DNA of 30,953 bases from Chiloscyllium plagiosum (GCF_004010195.1 NC_057754.1:5162220-5193172), one strand, 5' to 3'; positions 12,405-23,869 are shown, numbered from the stretch's first letter. A program made the numbers and translations. Notes: generated by a model from the sequence alone, not told the origin.

Positions 12405-13550
12405 CTAGAGGGCTGGAGTTTAACAACAGGGAGATTTTGCTGCAGGCTGAATGAGGTGCTGGTGAGGCCACACCTGGAGTACTGTGTACAGTCTTGGTCT
12501 CCTTGCTTGAGAAAGGATGTACTGGCACTGCAGGGGGTGCAGGGAAAATTCACTAGGTTGATTCTGGAATTGAGAGGGTTGGGTTATGAGGAGAAATTGA
12601 ATAGACTGGGACTATACTCATTGGAATTTAGAAAAATGGGGGGGTGGGGGGGATCTTATAGAATCATATAAAATTATGAAGAGAATAGATCAGATAGAAG
12701 CAGAGAGGTTTTTTCCACTGGTGGGTGAAACTAGAACTAGGGGGCATAGCCTCAGAATAAGGGGGAGATGATTTAGGGCTGAGTTCAGGAGGAACTTCTT
12801 CACCCAAAGGGTTGTGAATCTGTGGAATTCCCAGTGAAGCAGTTGAGGCTACTTCATTGAACGTTTTTAAGGCAAGGATAGATTTTTGAACAGTAAAGGA
12901 ATTAATGGTTATGGTGAGCGGGCGGGTAAGTGGTACAGAGTCCACTATAAGATCAACTGTAATCTGACTGAATGGCAGAGCAGGCTCCAAGGGGCCATGT
13001 GGCCTACTCCTGCTCCTATTTCTTAATCCTCATGTTATAGGAAGGTTATTATTCAAGTGGAGACGGTTCAGAAAAGATTTACCAGGTATGGAGGATTTGA
13101 TGTTGCCAGGTATGGCGGGTTTGAGATATAAAAATAGACTGGATAGGTTGGGACCTTTTTGATTGAGGGGTGACCTTGAGGTTTACAAAATCATGAGGGG
13201 CTTAGATAAGATGAATGGCAGGTGTCTTTTTCCTAGGGCGGGGGAGTCCAAAACTAGGGGGCATATTTTTAAGGTGAGAGAAGAAATATTTAAAAGAGCA
13301 TAAGGAACAACTTTTTTTTTTAAATACACAGAGTGGTTCGCATGTGGAATGAATGTCCAGAGGAAGTGGCGGATACGTGTGGAGTTACAACATTTAAAAG
13401 ACATTTGGATAAGGACATGAATGGGAAAGGGTTTGGAGGGACATGGGCCAGGAGCAGGCAGGTGGGACTAGTTTAGTTTGGGGATTATGGTCGTGCACGG
13501 ACTGTTTGGACTGAAGGTCTGATTCTGTGCTGTATGACTCTATGACTCTC
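12405..13550 (+). mobile_element. Two tandem CR1 3' fragments of different subfamilies
   Basis: LVRPHLEYCVQSWSP..LGLYSLE..FFTQRV at 12405-13030. A second copy at 13035-13550 ends in the GACTCTAT microsatellite tail. Confidence 0.88.
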
Positions 13551-14349
13551 CACAGGGAGAATTCGACAGAGTAGATTTAAAGACTGTGCTACATTTGGCC
13601 AGGTTTTTAAAAATGAGGCTTCGCTTTGAGTCATAGAGAAGTACAGAAACAGACCCTTCAGTCCAACTCATCCAGGCCAACCAGATATCCTAACCTAATC
13701 TAGTCACTTTGCCCACATCCTTGTTGTTTTATCCTCTTGCACCTTTTCTGCAAACAAACTGCACTGACCTTTCAGAGGCAATCCTTCAATCAAGGAGCAG
13801 TGTCTAGAATGGGGAGAGAAATCTGTGCCACATTTGATACAAAGCCAGTGGGTTGGACTCGAGCAACTCTGTCCATGGACTGAGGGCTGGTCCTCCTTCA
13901 GATAAACCCTCATTCCTGAGCTTTAAAACAAACATTACTATTTACAATTTAAATGACACAGAAATCCAATGCCAGAAGTGGATGTGAATCACTAAGCACT
14001 TCAAGATGAAGATTACAGACAGCTTTATAATTCAAGCAAAAACTATCCTCAAGTAGGATCCATTCAACTAATAAAAATTCTTCCGTCTGCTGTGTCATGC
14101 TCTTTAAAGATATTAATTTTCGGGTATTTTGTAGTTAAATTAAGACTTCCCTATCAATTAACCGATCACATGGCTGACTGATTAAACGCAAAATGAGTCA
14201 CCGTCAGTGAGCACCAATAGACTCCAGTATCAGTGAACACTAGAGAAAATAGGTCAAAGTGGAAAACATTATTCTCTCCCTTCTCAGAGATAAGTTCTAA
14301 TTCCAAACTGGCATGGAACTGGAAGCAAATGAGTCCAATAATCTTGAGA

Positions 14350-15310
14350 GTTAAGAAGAATGGGAGGTTATCTTAATGAAACACAAAATCTCAAGGGGAT
14401 TTGATAGAATGGATATGGAGGTGACTTTTGCCCTTGCGAGGGATTCTTGAAATAGGAATCAGAGTTTGAAAATTAAGAGGTCTTCAATTTAAGACAGAGG
14501 TGACGAGCACCTTAAGGTTTGTTATCTGTGGAATTCCCAGACAGGAAAGGAGGAATGGTTGATCATTGATTGTATTTGAGGTTGAGTTACATAGATTTTC
14601 CATTACTAAGCGTCATGGTGGCAGCCAGGAAAGTGGATTTGAAGCCACAATCAGATCCACCATGATCTTACCGAACAACACAAGAAATGAAGCGACATAC
14701 TCCTGCTATCGCAGAGTCACACAGCTCGGAAACAGACCCTTCAGCCCCAACCAGTCCACGCCGAATATTATCTCAAACTCAACTAGTTCCACCGACCAGC
14801 TCCTGGAGCATATTCCTCCAAATATTTCTTATTCATTTACTTACCTAAGTATCTTTTAAATGTTGTAACTGTGCCTACATCCACCACTTTCTCAGGAAAT
14901 TCATTCCACACACAAACCACTCTGTGTAAAAGATTTGTTCCTCATGTCTTTTTTTAAAATCTCTCTCCTCTCAGCTTAGAAATATGCTCCTAATCTTGAA
15001 ATCCCCCACCCTAGGAAGAAGACATTAACCTTATCTACACCCCTCATCATTTTATAAACCACCATAAGGTCACCCCTCAGCCTCCTACGCTCCAGTGAAA
15101 GAAGTCCTAGCCCATCCAGCCCTTCTTTATTCTCATCTGCTTCACTAACATCCTTTAGGGAAGGAAACCACCATCCCTACCTGGTGTGGTCTACAATGTG
15201 TCTCCTGACCCACAGCAATGTAGTTGACCCTTAACTGTCCACTGGGGAATTAGAGAGGGGTAATAAATGCTGGCCTAGCCGGTACGCCCTCAATCCGTGA
15301 ATGAACAAGA
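14350..15310. mobile_element. CR1 3' fragments (plus 14350-14710, minus 14712-15130) and a SINE 3' fragment (15135-15310)
   Basis: Homology by eye to other copies in this window. 15135-15310 is the reverse complement of part of 22110-22320. Confidence 0.7.
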
Positions 15311-15522
15311 AGAATTCTCATGAATTAGGTTTCAGCAACCATAGGTTTCTGGCAATGGAACACTTCAGTAACGTGCAACAGAAAGGGACAGAAGGAAAAG
15401 AGTGCCAGAACATCTAATTCAGTGGATATTTGCACATGGTAACCCAAGAATTAAAAGGCAAGCTGGAGTATTTTAAAAATGCTACATTCAGTGTTCTCAC
15501 TGACTATCGACAGGAAGTAATC

Positions 15523-15528
15523 TTTATT
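15523..15528 (-). terminator. Candidate AATAAA polyadenylation signal for GPR137 (would give a ~3.3 kb 3' UTR)
   Basis: TTTATT on + in apparently unique sequence, followed on the minus strand by U/GU-containing sequence. Other AATAAA hexamers exist between here and the stop but fall inside repeats. No transcript evidence. Confidence 0.3.
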
Positions 15529-16563
15529 AAAATACCTTCCAGGAGTTAGAGTACAGTAACCAGTACAAATTAAAAAATAAACCGCGCTCAGATAGGTCAC
15601 TAAGGCGCTTGTTGAGAAAGGTTGCATTACGCGTAGTCAGATATAAAATATCGAAACACAATATAATCAGTGCCTCACTCCCAATTCACTGCACCATAGT
15701 GGAGTAGTCACAAGTGCCTAGCCACATCTTCCATGGATCCCACCAAGATAAAGCTTCCCATTTCAGCTGTGCCAATATAGGACTACAGATATAAAAAACT
15801 ATGGGGTGACTGGGAACGAGATTAACATCCATTTATAAAAATTAGTCAATTAATCTACATTAATTCCTCTTGCATATCTGGTTGCAGTCTCCGGGCACTT
15901 TCTGGGACTACAGCAGGTGAAGGCACAGATCACACACAGAATGGAAATGCTCCAGGGGCACTGCTCCATCTGTAATAAGATATTGGACCATTCTAGACAG
16001 TAACTGGGCCGGGGGAATACAAAGCAGCTAGCGTCCGATTCCTAACGGCTGTCCAGCCAATCCCACCGCACGTGAAGCACAAGGAACTTGGGTGAGATAG
16101 CTGAAGAGGACCCAATTCCCAAAGGGACTATCCCCCCCTCCGGAGCATCAGTTACCACAGTCAGGGAGATGCAAAGAAGGCAAGTGGATTGATGTGGGGC
16201 AGCCTTGAAGTTAAATTGCCACCAATTCTGGATGAGAAAAAAAAACACATCAACTGCTTGCCCCCAACATAGAGGGAACCGGAAAGACAGGGGTAAAAAG
16301 CTTTGCATTAAAAAAAATAAATAACAATGTATCATCTCACTCTTCATTCAGGTTAGAGCCTTGAAAAGTGCAAATGTGGAGGGGAACAAAAAAGTGTGCA
16401 AACTTCAGACAGATTTGTTTACAGACATTAACATAAGTTACTAATCTTGTTCCATAGTGTACAGGAAAACATAGAAAATATATCTATGTTGTACTGAGGG
16501 CACTCATTGACAGTGATATTATTTGTCAGGATACCTCCCACTGTATCTGTTAAACCTGAACCA

Positions 16564-16876
16564 CAGGTACACAATCCTTTATCCAAAATTTCAAAATCTG
16601 AAAAGCTCCGAAATCCAAATTTTTTTTCATGGGAGTGTCACTTTGGCGTGCAAACAGGTGAGCCAACTCCACACCCACTCTAACCATGTCACTCAGATGT
16701 GACGTGACGCGTGGCCCACCATTGGCAGGCTTCAATTGTGTCTCAGCGCTCGCTCTTTTCACACGTGCGTCTGCTGTTGGGTCATTTTTTAAAAATTTCA
16801 TGGTGAAAATGTCTTTTATTCCGAAATCCGAGAAACAACTGGCCCCAAGGATTTCGGATAAAGGATTGTGTACCTG
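16564..16876. mobile_element. Tc1/mariner (Tigger-like) MITE, 313 bp
   Basis: 26-bp TIR CAGGTACACAATCCTTTATCC(A/G)AAAT with one mismatch. Right flank is TA, left flank is CA (probably mutated TA). Confidence 0.85.
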
Positions 16877-17619
16877 TATTTTGTTATATCCTGTACGTAA
16901 GTAAACAGACAAATATGCGATTGGATTTGAAGAGGGTCAAACAGCTTCAAGAAGACTCACATGACTGGAATATCAAGGCTGCTCTTCACCTGTCTTTGTA
17001 TCGGAGTCCGCTGTGAACCTTGGTGGTTGAGCATGGCAGCAAATGCAGGTCGCGAGCCACCCAGCACACAAAGACCCTGGGCCAATCGTTGGTCTTACAG
17101 GTTTCAGCAGAGCTGGATGAGGATGCAATTACTGCCAACATCTCTACACTATAAGATGGGGAAGACAAGACCCATCAAGGTCTTGGTACCACTTTCTAAT
17201 CCAGCTACTCCAGCTACAAAGAAAACCAGGCACAGGGGAGCAGGCAAGGACAGTATCAGATCTAGCTGCAATATATATCTCCATAAAATTGTTAAATCTT
17301 GCAAAATGGTGAGGTACAAATCTAACCATTACAGACCAGAACCCCACTTAGTTGATTCACCTAACTTGCCCCAGCCTACACTCTCATATGTTTTGGTCCT
17401 GAGTATTTGTAACTATTATAGGTGAAAAGTTCACCTAAGCACACAGGCAAGTAGGTTACCCTAACTTGAACCAAAACCTGCCAGACAGACCCAGAGGCTT
17501 CTTGATCAATTTCAGGACAGCATCCACAGAGGACGATCGCAAATCACAGTGTGTGAAACTGGGCACAGGCCAGGATGCAAGACGTGCCCGTTAAACACCT
17601 CCCCAGTCATTCAGCTCCA

Positions 17620-18365
17620 CTGACATCAACAGAATCACCTTAAAGTATGAGACACTAGGTAAGGCCTCAGCTGGAGTCTTGTATACCCCCTGTATAGGAA
17701 GGACCATGAAGGCACTGGAGAAAGTGAAGGAGACATTTACAAGAATGTTTTCAGGGATGAGGAACTTCAGTGAAGATAGATTGGAGAACATAGTACAGCA
17801 CAGAAAGCTGGGACTGTTCTCATTGAAAAGGTAGTTAAAAATCACACAACACCAGGCTATAGCCCAACAGGATTATTTGGAAGTACAAGCTTTCGGAGTG
17901 CTGCCCCTTCATCAGTTAGCTAGCTACCAAATAAACCTGTTGGACTATAACCTGGTGTTGTGTGATTCTCAACTCTGCCCACCCCAGTCCAACACCAGCA
18001 TCTCACTAAAGAGGAAGGCTGAGGGGAGATCTCATTACAGTATTCATGAGCAGTGGGCAAAGAGTAAACAAGGGGAAAAGGCTTCCACTCGTGAAAGGGT
18101 CAAGCACAGGTTTGGATAATTAGTAAAGGAAGCAAAACAAAAAGCAATCAGGAGAAAACATTCCACATAATGGGTGATTAGGGTCTGGGATGCACTGCTT
18201 TAGTGTGTGATGGAAGCAGGTTCTATCAAGGCAGTCGAAAGGGAACGGATTAGTTGTTTGGAATGGGACTTTTGCGGAGTTATAGGAAGACAACAGGAGA
18301 ATGGTACCGATGCTTAATGGAGAGCTGCCACAGACAGGACCAGCCAAGTGACCTCTTTCCCATGT
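17620..18365 (+). mobile_element. Old CR1 3' fragment interrupted by a palindromic element (17835-18003)
   Basis: L.RPQLES..RK..ALEKV..FTRM..LGLFSL sequence resumes after the insert (AGAGGAAGGCTGAGGGGAGATCT). Confidence 0.7.
17835..18003. mobile_element. Short palindromic non-autonomous element with hammerhead-like motif (minus strand 17886-17915)
   Basis: 40-bp inverted arms ATCACACAACACCAGG(C/T)TATAG(C/T)CCAACAGG(A/T)TTATTTGG with 3 mismatches. Minus strand reads CTGATGA-A-GGGGCAGCACTCC-GAAAGCTT. Confidence 0.75.
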
Positions 18366-18875
18366 TGAAAACAAAAAATCTGTGGCCACACTAGAGGGCA
18401 GGAGGAAATGTCGATTCTGCTTGCGCCCACTTTCACCCTCGATAGTTAAACTCTCACACGTAGAATGACCAGTGATTAGGATACACCGGGAACTGATGCG
18501 GGCCTCTGGTTTGGAGAATGAGACAAGAGCCGAAGGTGGGGGAGTGAGGAGAAGTAGCTGAACAATCCTGTCAGATAGGAAACCGCCTCTAGATTTGGCC
18601 AAGGGCTGCACGCACGGTTCTTACTTCAGCAACCGACCTCCGCTGTTGAGCAGGAGGGCAAAGATAGCTTCTGAAAGGGACGTCCACGAGTTATTGCATC
18701 TGCTTGGTACGGTGCCAATATCGGTTTAAAGATGCACGTTTGGCTAACTAGCTTAGATTCCGTCAGCAGTCCCTGCTGCCTGCTTCCTCCAAGTGATGGT
18801 TAGTTTTACAACACTGATACACAAAAAAGCAAGCTGCTCATTGAATCGGAGTGTCCCATTGGAATGCTGGAAAGT

Positions 18876-19047
18876 CTATGTTTGCGGAGTGGAGTAGAAC
18901 GTGTGGTAGTAGCTGCTGCCTTGCATGTGGTCTCTGGCAAAGAGTAAAGGTGCGGTGGTATGTTGGGACACCCCCTCATACCAGGCTGGTTCAACGTTAC
19001 CCTTGTCGGTGCCATACCAGCCGTTACGCTGGAGACTGTTGGATAAA
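18876..19047 (-). CDS. GPR137: GPR137 terminal coding exon (172 nt to stop); not in the supplied ORF track in this frame
   Basis: Long CT polypyrimidine tract then ttctcag|T. The phase-2 join gives (S)LSNSLQRNGWYGTDKGNVEPAWYEGVSQHTTAPLLFARDHMQGSSYYHTFYSTPQT*, with TAG at 18876-18878. This resembles the recalled human GPR137 tail (WYG..EPGWY..PLLF..YSTPQT) and supports the GPR137 paralog assignment. Confidence 0.93.
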
Positions 19048-19747
19048 CTGAGAAAGAGGGAGAGAGAGAGAAAGAGAAGGATGATTTCAATGGGATGTAA
19101 ATCATATTTTTAAAGTTAAGGCCACAGAGGGTAAATATAAAAGGTACACTGATGCCTCTTTAAGGGGCTATCCCCTCTTAATCTGGTCAATCTAGATCAA
19201 TTGTTTTTGGAAACGCACTGTTGGAAGGACCAGACCAGTCCCTCTCAATTGGTCAAACCACTTGATGTTAAGCAAAACACAATTTATTCAAACACTATAG
19301 TTAAAATGCAACAAAAGAATGAACTTAGAATAAGTTAACAATATTGGGAAAACTTAACAGAATTACAGATACAGTAACTATTACGAACTGTTCCAAAATA
19401 GTAGTAGCCCATAAACATACCTATTGGCAAAAAGACAAATTTCATAAAAATAGATTTGTCTTAGAAGTAACTCGGCTGCAGAGAAAGAAACCCCAGCTTC
19501 CAGCTGTAAGCAAGAGGGGGAAAGATAGCTTCTGCTTCTTCAAAACTCCAGCAGCTTCCGCTGAACCTAAAAGCTCAAAACAAACTAGAAATCCTGGTCT
19601 GAGAGAGCTGGCCACACCCAACCAGGCTGCTTCTATTGTTCCAACAGTTAAAAAACACCAAGGCCTCACAAATTGTTTAATTTACTAACATGCCAAGTTG
19701 GCAGTTCTTCACCAGTCTTAAAACCTCTCTTTAAAAAATACCAGGAT

Positions 19748-19986
19748 GTGCAGGTGCCGGTGTTGGACTGGGGTGGACAAAGTCCGAAATCTCTCAACAC
19801 CAGGTTATAGTCCAACTTATTTAAAATCACAAGCTTTCGGAGCACTACTCCTTTGTCAGATGAAATTACTTCAAAGGAGCAGCGCTCCGAAAGCTTGCAA
19901 TTTTAAATAAACCTGTTGTACTAAAACTTGATGTCTCGTGACTTTTGCCTTTGGCAACCCCAGTCCAACACCAGCGTCTCCATATC
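19748..19986. mobile_element. Palindromic element of the same family as 17835-18003, more diverged
   Basis: Arms of ~105 bp: GGTGTTGGACTGGG..AAGCTTTCGGAGC versus GCTCCGAAAGCTT..CCCAGTCCAACACC. Confidence 0.75.
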
Positions 19987-20024
19987 GTGAGCAAAGGCAG
20001 AAGTCTTAGGCAGCAAGTATGATA

Positions 20025-20345
20025 AGATTAGATTAGATTAGATTTCTTAGTGTGGAAAAAGGCCCTTCGGCCTAACAAGTCCACACCGACCCGCCGAAGC
20101 GCAACTCACCCAGACCCATTTCCCTACATTTACCCCTTCACCTAACACTACGGCCAATTTACCATGGCCAATTCACCTAACCTGCACATTTTTGGACTGT
20201 GGGAGAAACCGGAGCACCCGGAGGAAACCCAGACAAGGGGAGAATGTGTAAACTCTACACAGTCAGTCGCCTGAGGCGGGAATTGAACCCGGGTCTCTGG
20301 CGCTGTGAGACAGCAGTGCTAACCACTGTGCCACCATGCCACCCA
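20025..20345 (-). mobile_element. Near full-length HE1/V-SINE-type tRNA-derived SINE
   Basis: Minus strand: A box TGGCACAGTGG, B box GGTTCAATTCC, V-domain-like GGGTTTCCTCCGGGTGCTCCGGTTTC, LINE-like tail GGCCGAAGGGCC and a (CTAAT)n end. Confidence 0.88.
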
Positions 20346-20600
20346 CCAATGAGAATTGAGCTGGACTGGCACAGAGAGGTTGCCGAAATGTGATGATGGA
20401 TGTTCAGAGTCTTGCATAGAAATCTTTTTACGTGGTGCCCTATCAAGTGTCTTTTCGAAATACAAAAACACCGCATAGACCGTTTTCCCCTTAGTCCACC
20501 CTGCTTGATACATTCGCAAAAAAACTCTGTGCAACTATCAGAGCACAATTTTCTCTTTGACCAAACCAAAAGACACAGAAATTTTAAGTAAGAAATATAC

Positions 20601-20722
20601 CTGTCCTGCTCGCTCTGTGACCCCACTGCCCAGGGACAGTCATCGCCTTCAAACTGACGAGGGTTGTCAAAGAAATACGAACGGGAAGCAAAGCTCTGGC
20701 CATTAATTATCCCAGTCCCAGC
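20601..20722 (-). CDS. GPR137: GPR137 coding exon (probably exon 6; 122 nt)
   Basis: Acceptor ttttctcctgcag|GCT, donor AG|gtatat, phase 0/2. Encodes AGTGIINGQSFASRSYFFDNPRQFEGDDCPWAVGSQSEQD, with family motif SRSYFFD. Confidence 0.95.
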
Positions 20723-21334
20723 CTGCAGGAGAAAACAAACAATTTCCAATCACACCCAGGCACATTGCAATACAGATCAAACCTAATGATTGCACACTCA
20801 TTTTAACATCCCATGATCATCGGCAACTCTTTATTCCTTACTGCATTTGAGCAATCTTCTCGCACCATTTTGACTCAAATCACATTATTCTATCTTGCTT
20901 GCTGCCTACCCCTTCAGCCTACACTCACAGTACTGGGAGAGTCCGAGCCATGCACAATGTGCTTCAGGGATACCTCACTGAGGGGAGCAGTTCAGTGAAT
21001 ACCTAGATGTCAGGTAGTGTTGCCAAGATACCAGAGGGCTGCCATACAATCAGTGGATTCACAACGAGGAGTGTATCCTCTCATTATGGGACTTGCTTCA
21101 GGTGATCACGTGGGATCAGTGTCCATCAGTGCATTCAAACTGTAGAAAGGCAGTTCACCCTGTTCCAGGTGTGGGAAGGGACACAGTTCACCTCACTGTA
21201 TGTCAATATATTCACACCGATCAGAGACATTTCAAAGTTCAGCGAGCAGAGATTTAAAAGCAAATTGCGTCTCCTGAAAACACAAAAATGTTGTCACGGA
21301 TGGTAAGTTTCTGTGTGGAAACGGTTACTTCTAT

Positions 21335-21650
21335 TAATTTGAGGAATGTGGTGTCACTGGCGGGGTCCAGCGTTTATTGCCCATTTCTAGCGGTCCTTGA
21401 GAAGGTGGGGATGAGCTACCTCCTTGAACTGCTACAGTCCACCTGTTGTGGGTTGACCCACAATGCCCTCAGGGAGGGAATTCCAGGATTTTGGCCCAGC
21501 GACAGTGAAGGAACGGCCAATATATTTCCAAGTTAGGATGGTGAGTGGCTCAGAGGGGAACTTGCAGGGGGGTTGGTGTTCCCCATGTACCTGCTGCCTT
21601 GTCCTTCTAGGATGGAAGTGGTCATAGTTTGAAAGATGCTGTCTAAGGAT
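21335..21650 (-). mobile_element. LINE 3' end (CR1/L2 group)
   Basis: Minus ORF ..RSFTVAGPKSWNSLPEGIV is a typical LINE ORF2 terminus. Its AATAAA-containing tail is shared with the SINE at 22110-22790. Confidence 0.7.
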
Positions 21651-22394
21651 CACACATCATTTTGTTTAATGCAAAATCAGCCAAGCACAAATGTCTCCAG
21701 GGATTGAATTCTGTTGGTAATTGCTGTGTTAATACTAAAAGAGCTGCGGTTGCTAACGGGCCAAGAACCAGGATGAAATCAAAGACTGGATACCGTGTAC
21801 AGTCCAGCAAAGAATATGTGACCAGGAGGTTGCACATGTTACCTGTAACAGCAAGCTGTAGTCTAAACAGTTAATAAAGCTGACTGAGACATTCGAACAA
21901 ACTGAATCCCCGTTATTTGGCATTAATCACTTTCGGGTCTGAACTGTCCTTGTTATCACCTCGTTGAGGTTTGTTTCTGATGTTCCAAATCCCAGTAAAT
22001 GGGCTGCAGTTTAATATTCTAGATATAGGCCAAATAAATCTACTTTGGTGATAATTTCACAGATTTGATAAAAAAAAAAAGTTATATTTTAGAAAAGGAT
22101 CCTGTAATTTTTATTATTCACTCATGGGACGTGGTCGTCACAGGCTGGCCAGCATTTATTTGCCTGAGCTAATTGCCTTTGAACGGAGTGGCTAGCTGAG
22201 CCATTTCAGCGGGCTATTAAGAGTCGACCATGTTGCTGTGGGTCTGGAGCTGCAGAAAGGCCGCACCAGGTGAGGATGGAAGATTTCCTTCCTTGAAGAT
22301 GGTTCGTGAACCAGATGGGTTTTTGCAACAATCGACAATGGATTCATAGTCATTAGCGGTTATTGAGAAGATTTGTAGCTCAGTTTAATGATAA

Positions 22395-22461
22395 GCTGGA
22401 AGTTTTGCTTTCAGACGTTTCGTCACCATGACGAGGTAACATCATCAGTGAAAGTCTCCAG
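22395..22461 (-). ncRNA. Minimal type I hammerhead ribozyme motif (PLE type), intact core
   Basis: CUGGAGA-CUUUCA-CUGAUGA-U-GUUACC-UCGUCAU-GGUGAC-GAAA-CGUC|UGAAAG-CAAAA-CUUCCAG. Stem I is CUUUCA/UGAAAG with a distal CUGGAG/UUCCAG helix, stem II is 6 bp, and a palindromic ACGU replaces stem III. Activity is not shown. Confidence 0.75.
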
Positions 22462-22579
22462 TGAAGCGCGGGTGGTATGTCCCGCCTCTCTATTCATAGA
22501 TCCTAGTTTCTTAAGGTGGATGCTGGAAATCAATACCTAGAAATAGAGAGGCAGGACTTACCACCAGCGTTTCATCAGA

Positions 22580-22640
22580 GACTCTCACTGATGATGTTAC
22601 CTAGTCATGGTGACGAAATGTCTGAAAACAATCCTTCCAG
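22580..22640 (+). ncRNA. Minimal hammerhead motif, mirror copy, partly decayed
   Basis: CUGAUGA (22588-22594)-U-GUUACC-UAGUCAU-GGUGAC-GAAA-UGUC|UGAAAA. A C>T change converts ACGU to AUGU, and stem I has mismatches. Confidence 0.55.
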
Positions 22641-23274
22641 CTCAGCGAGCTAACTTACATGTTTATTCATAGTCATCATTATTATTGAATTCAAATTCCA
22701 CCATCTGCCGTGGCGGGATTCAAACCCAGGTCCCCAAAACATTACCTGTGTTTCTGAATCAATAGTCTACCGATAATACCACTAGGCCTACCCTTGAAAT
22801 GTAAAGCAATGTTCCGAGTGCATGATAAAGACACATTCACAAACAATAGTTATTCGCTCAAGAAATGGTCATACTTCAGTGAAAGATGACACAATCTGTG
22901 TCGGATTTACATTTATACATCCTCACTAACATGGAATGTGATCAGTCTCACTGAAGAATGACGAAAATATTTCATTATCATTCTCACACAGACTGCACCT
23001 TGCAGACTAAGTCTATCTATCTACAGCAGCCCTTCTACACAAGATCAACGGAGAAGATTCGACAATGTCATTGTCTACACTATAAGCTCTCAGTGGGTCA
23101 AATATCTGGTGATTCCTATGACAGTGTGAATATTGGAACCCAACAGAGTATTGAGCGGTTCACAATATTCTAGGTGCGATCTATCTAGTATCTTGAACAG
23201 TTTTAGCAGGACTACCCTATTTGATGTATTACACACACTTTGAAATAAAGGCCAACATCCCATTTGTCTTCTCT

Positions 23275-23840
23275 ATTCTCATGCTGAGGTTGTACAGGAC
23301 TTTAGTGAGGCCATTTTTGGAGTACCATGTCCAGTTCTGGTCGCCCTGTTATAGGAAGGATATTATTAAATTGGAGAGGGTTCAGAAGAGATTTATCAGG
23401 AAGATGCCAGAAATGGAGGGTTTGAGTTTTAAGGAGAGGCTGGATAGGCTTGGACTTTTTTTCACTGGAGCATACGGGGCCGAGGTGTGGCTTTATACAA
23501 GTTTATAAGATCATGAGGGGCATAGATAAGGTGAATAGCAAAAATCTTTTCCCTAGAGTGGGGGTGTTCAAAACATGGGGGCCTATTTTTAAGATGAGAG
23601 GTGAAAGATTTAAGAGGGGCATTACATAGAGAGTGGTTAGTGCGTGGAATGATCTACTACAAGTGTGAATACAGGCGCAGTTACAATATTTAAAAGACAT
23701 TTGGACAAGTTCATCAAGAAGAATGGTTTAGCAGAATATGGGCCAAATGCAGGCAAGTGGAACTAGTTTAGTTTGGGAAACTTCAATGGCATGGACGAGT
23801 TAGACCAAAGGGTCAGTTTCCATGCTGTGTGACTCTATAC
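23275..23840 (+). mobile_element. CR1-clade LINE 3' fragment
   Basis: LYRTLVRPFLEYHVQFWSPCYRKDIIKLERVQKRF..ERLDRLGLF followed by the shared 3' tail. Confidence 0.9.
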
Positions 23841-23869
23841 AGTTCATCTAAGGAGACGGGCAAGACGGG

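Larger units (their letters stand above)
22354..22664. mobile_element. Palindromic Penelope-derived non-autonomous insertion with two inverted hammerhead motifs
   Basis: Inverted arms of ~110-120 bp. 12-bp direct repeat ATTCATAGTCAT at 22342-22353 and 22665-22676. Confidence 0.85.
22110..22790 (-). mobile_element. tRNA-derived SINE with LINE-like tail, interrupted by the palindromic insert at 22354-22664
   Basis: Minus-strand head GGCCTAGTGGT...GGGTTTGAATCCC. The body continues across the insert, and the tail is AAATAAATGCTGGCCAGCC. Confidence 0.75.

Noticed and set aside
20270..20345. tRNA gene
   Set aside because: A and B boxes are present but continue into a SINE body and tail, so this is a tRNA-derived head. 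The same applies at ~22720-22790 and ~3950-4025.
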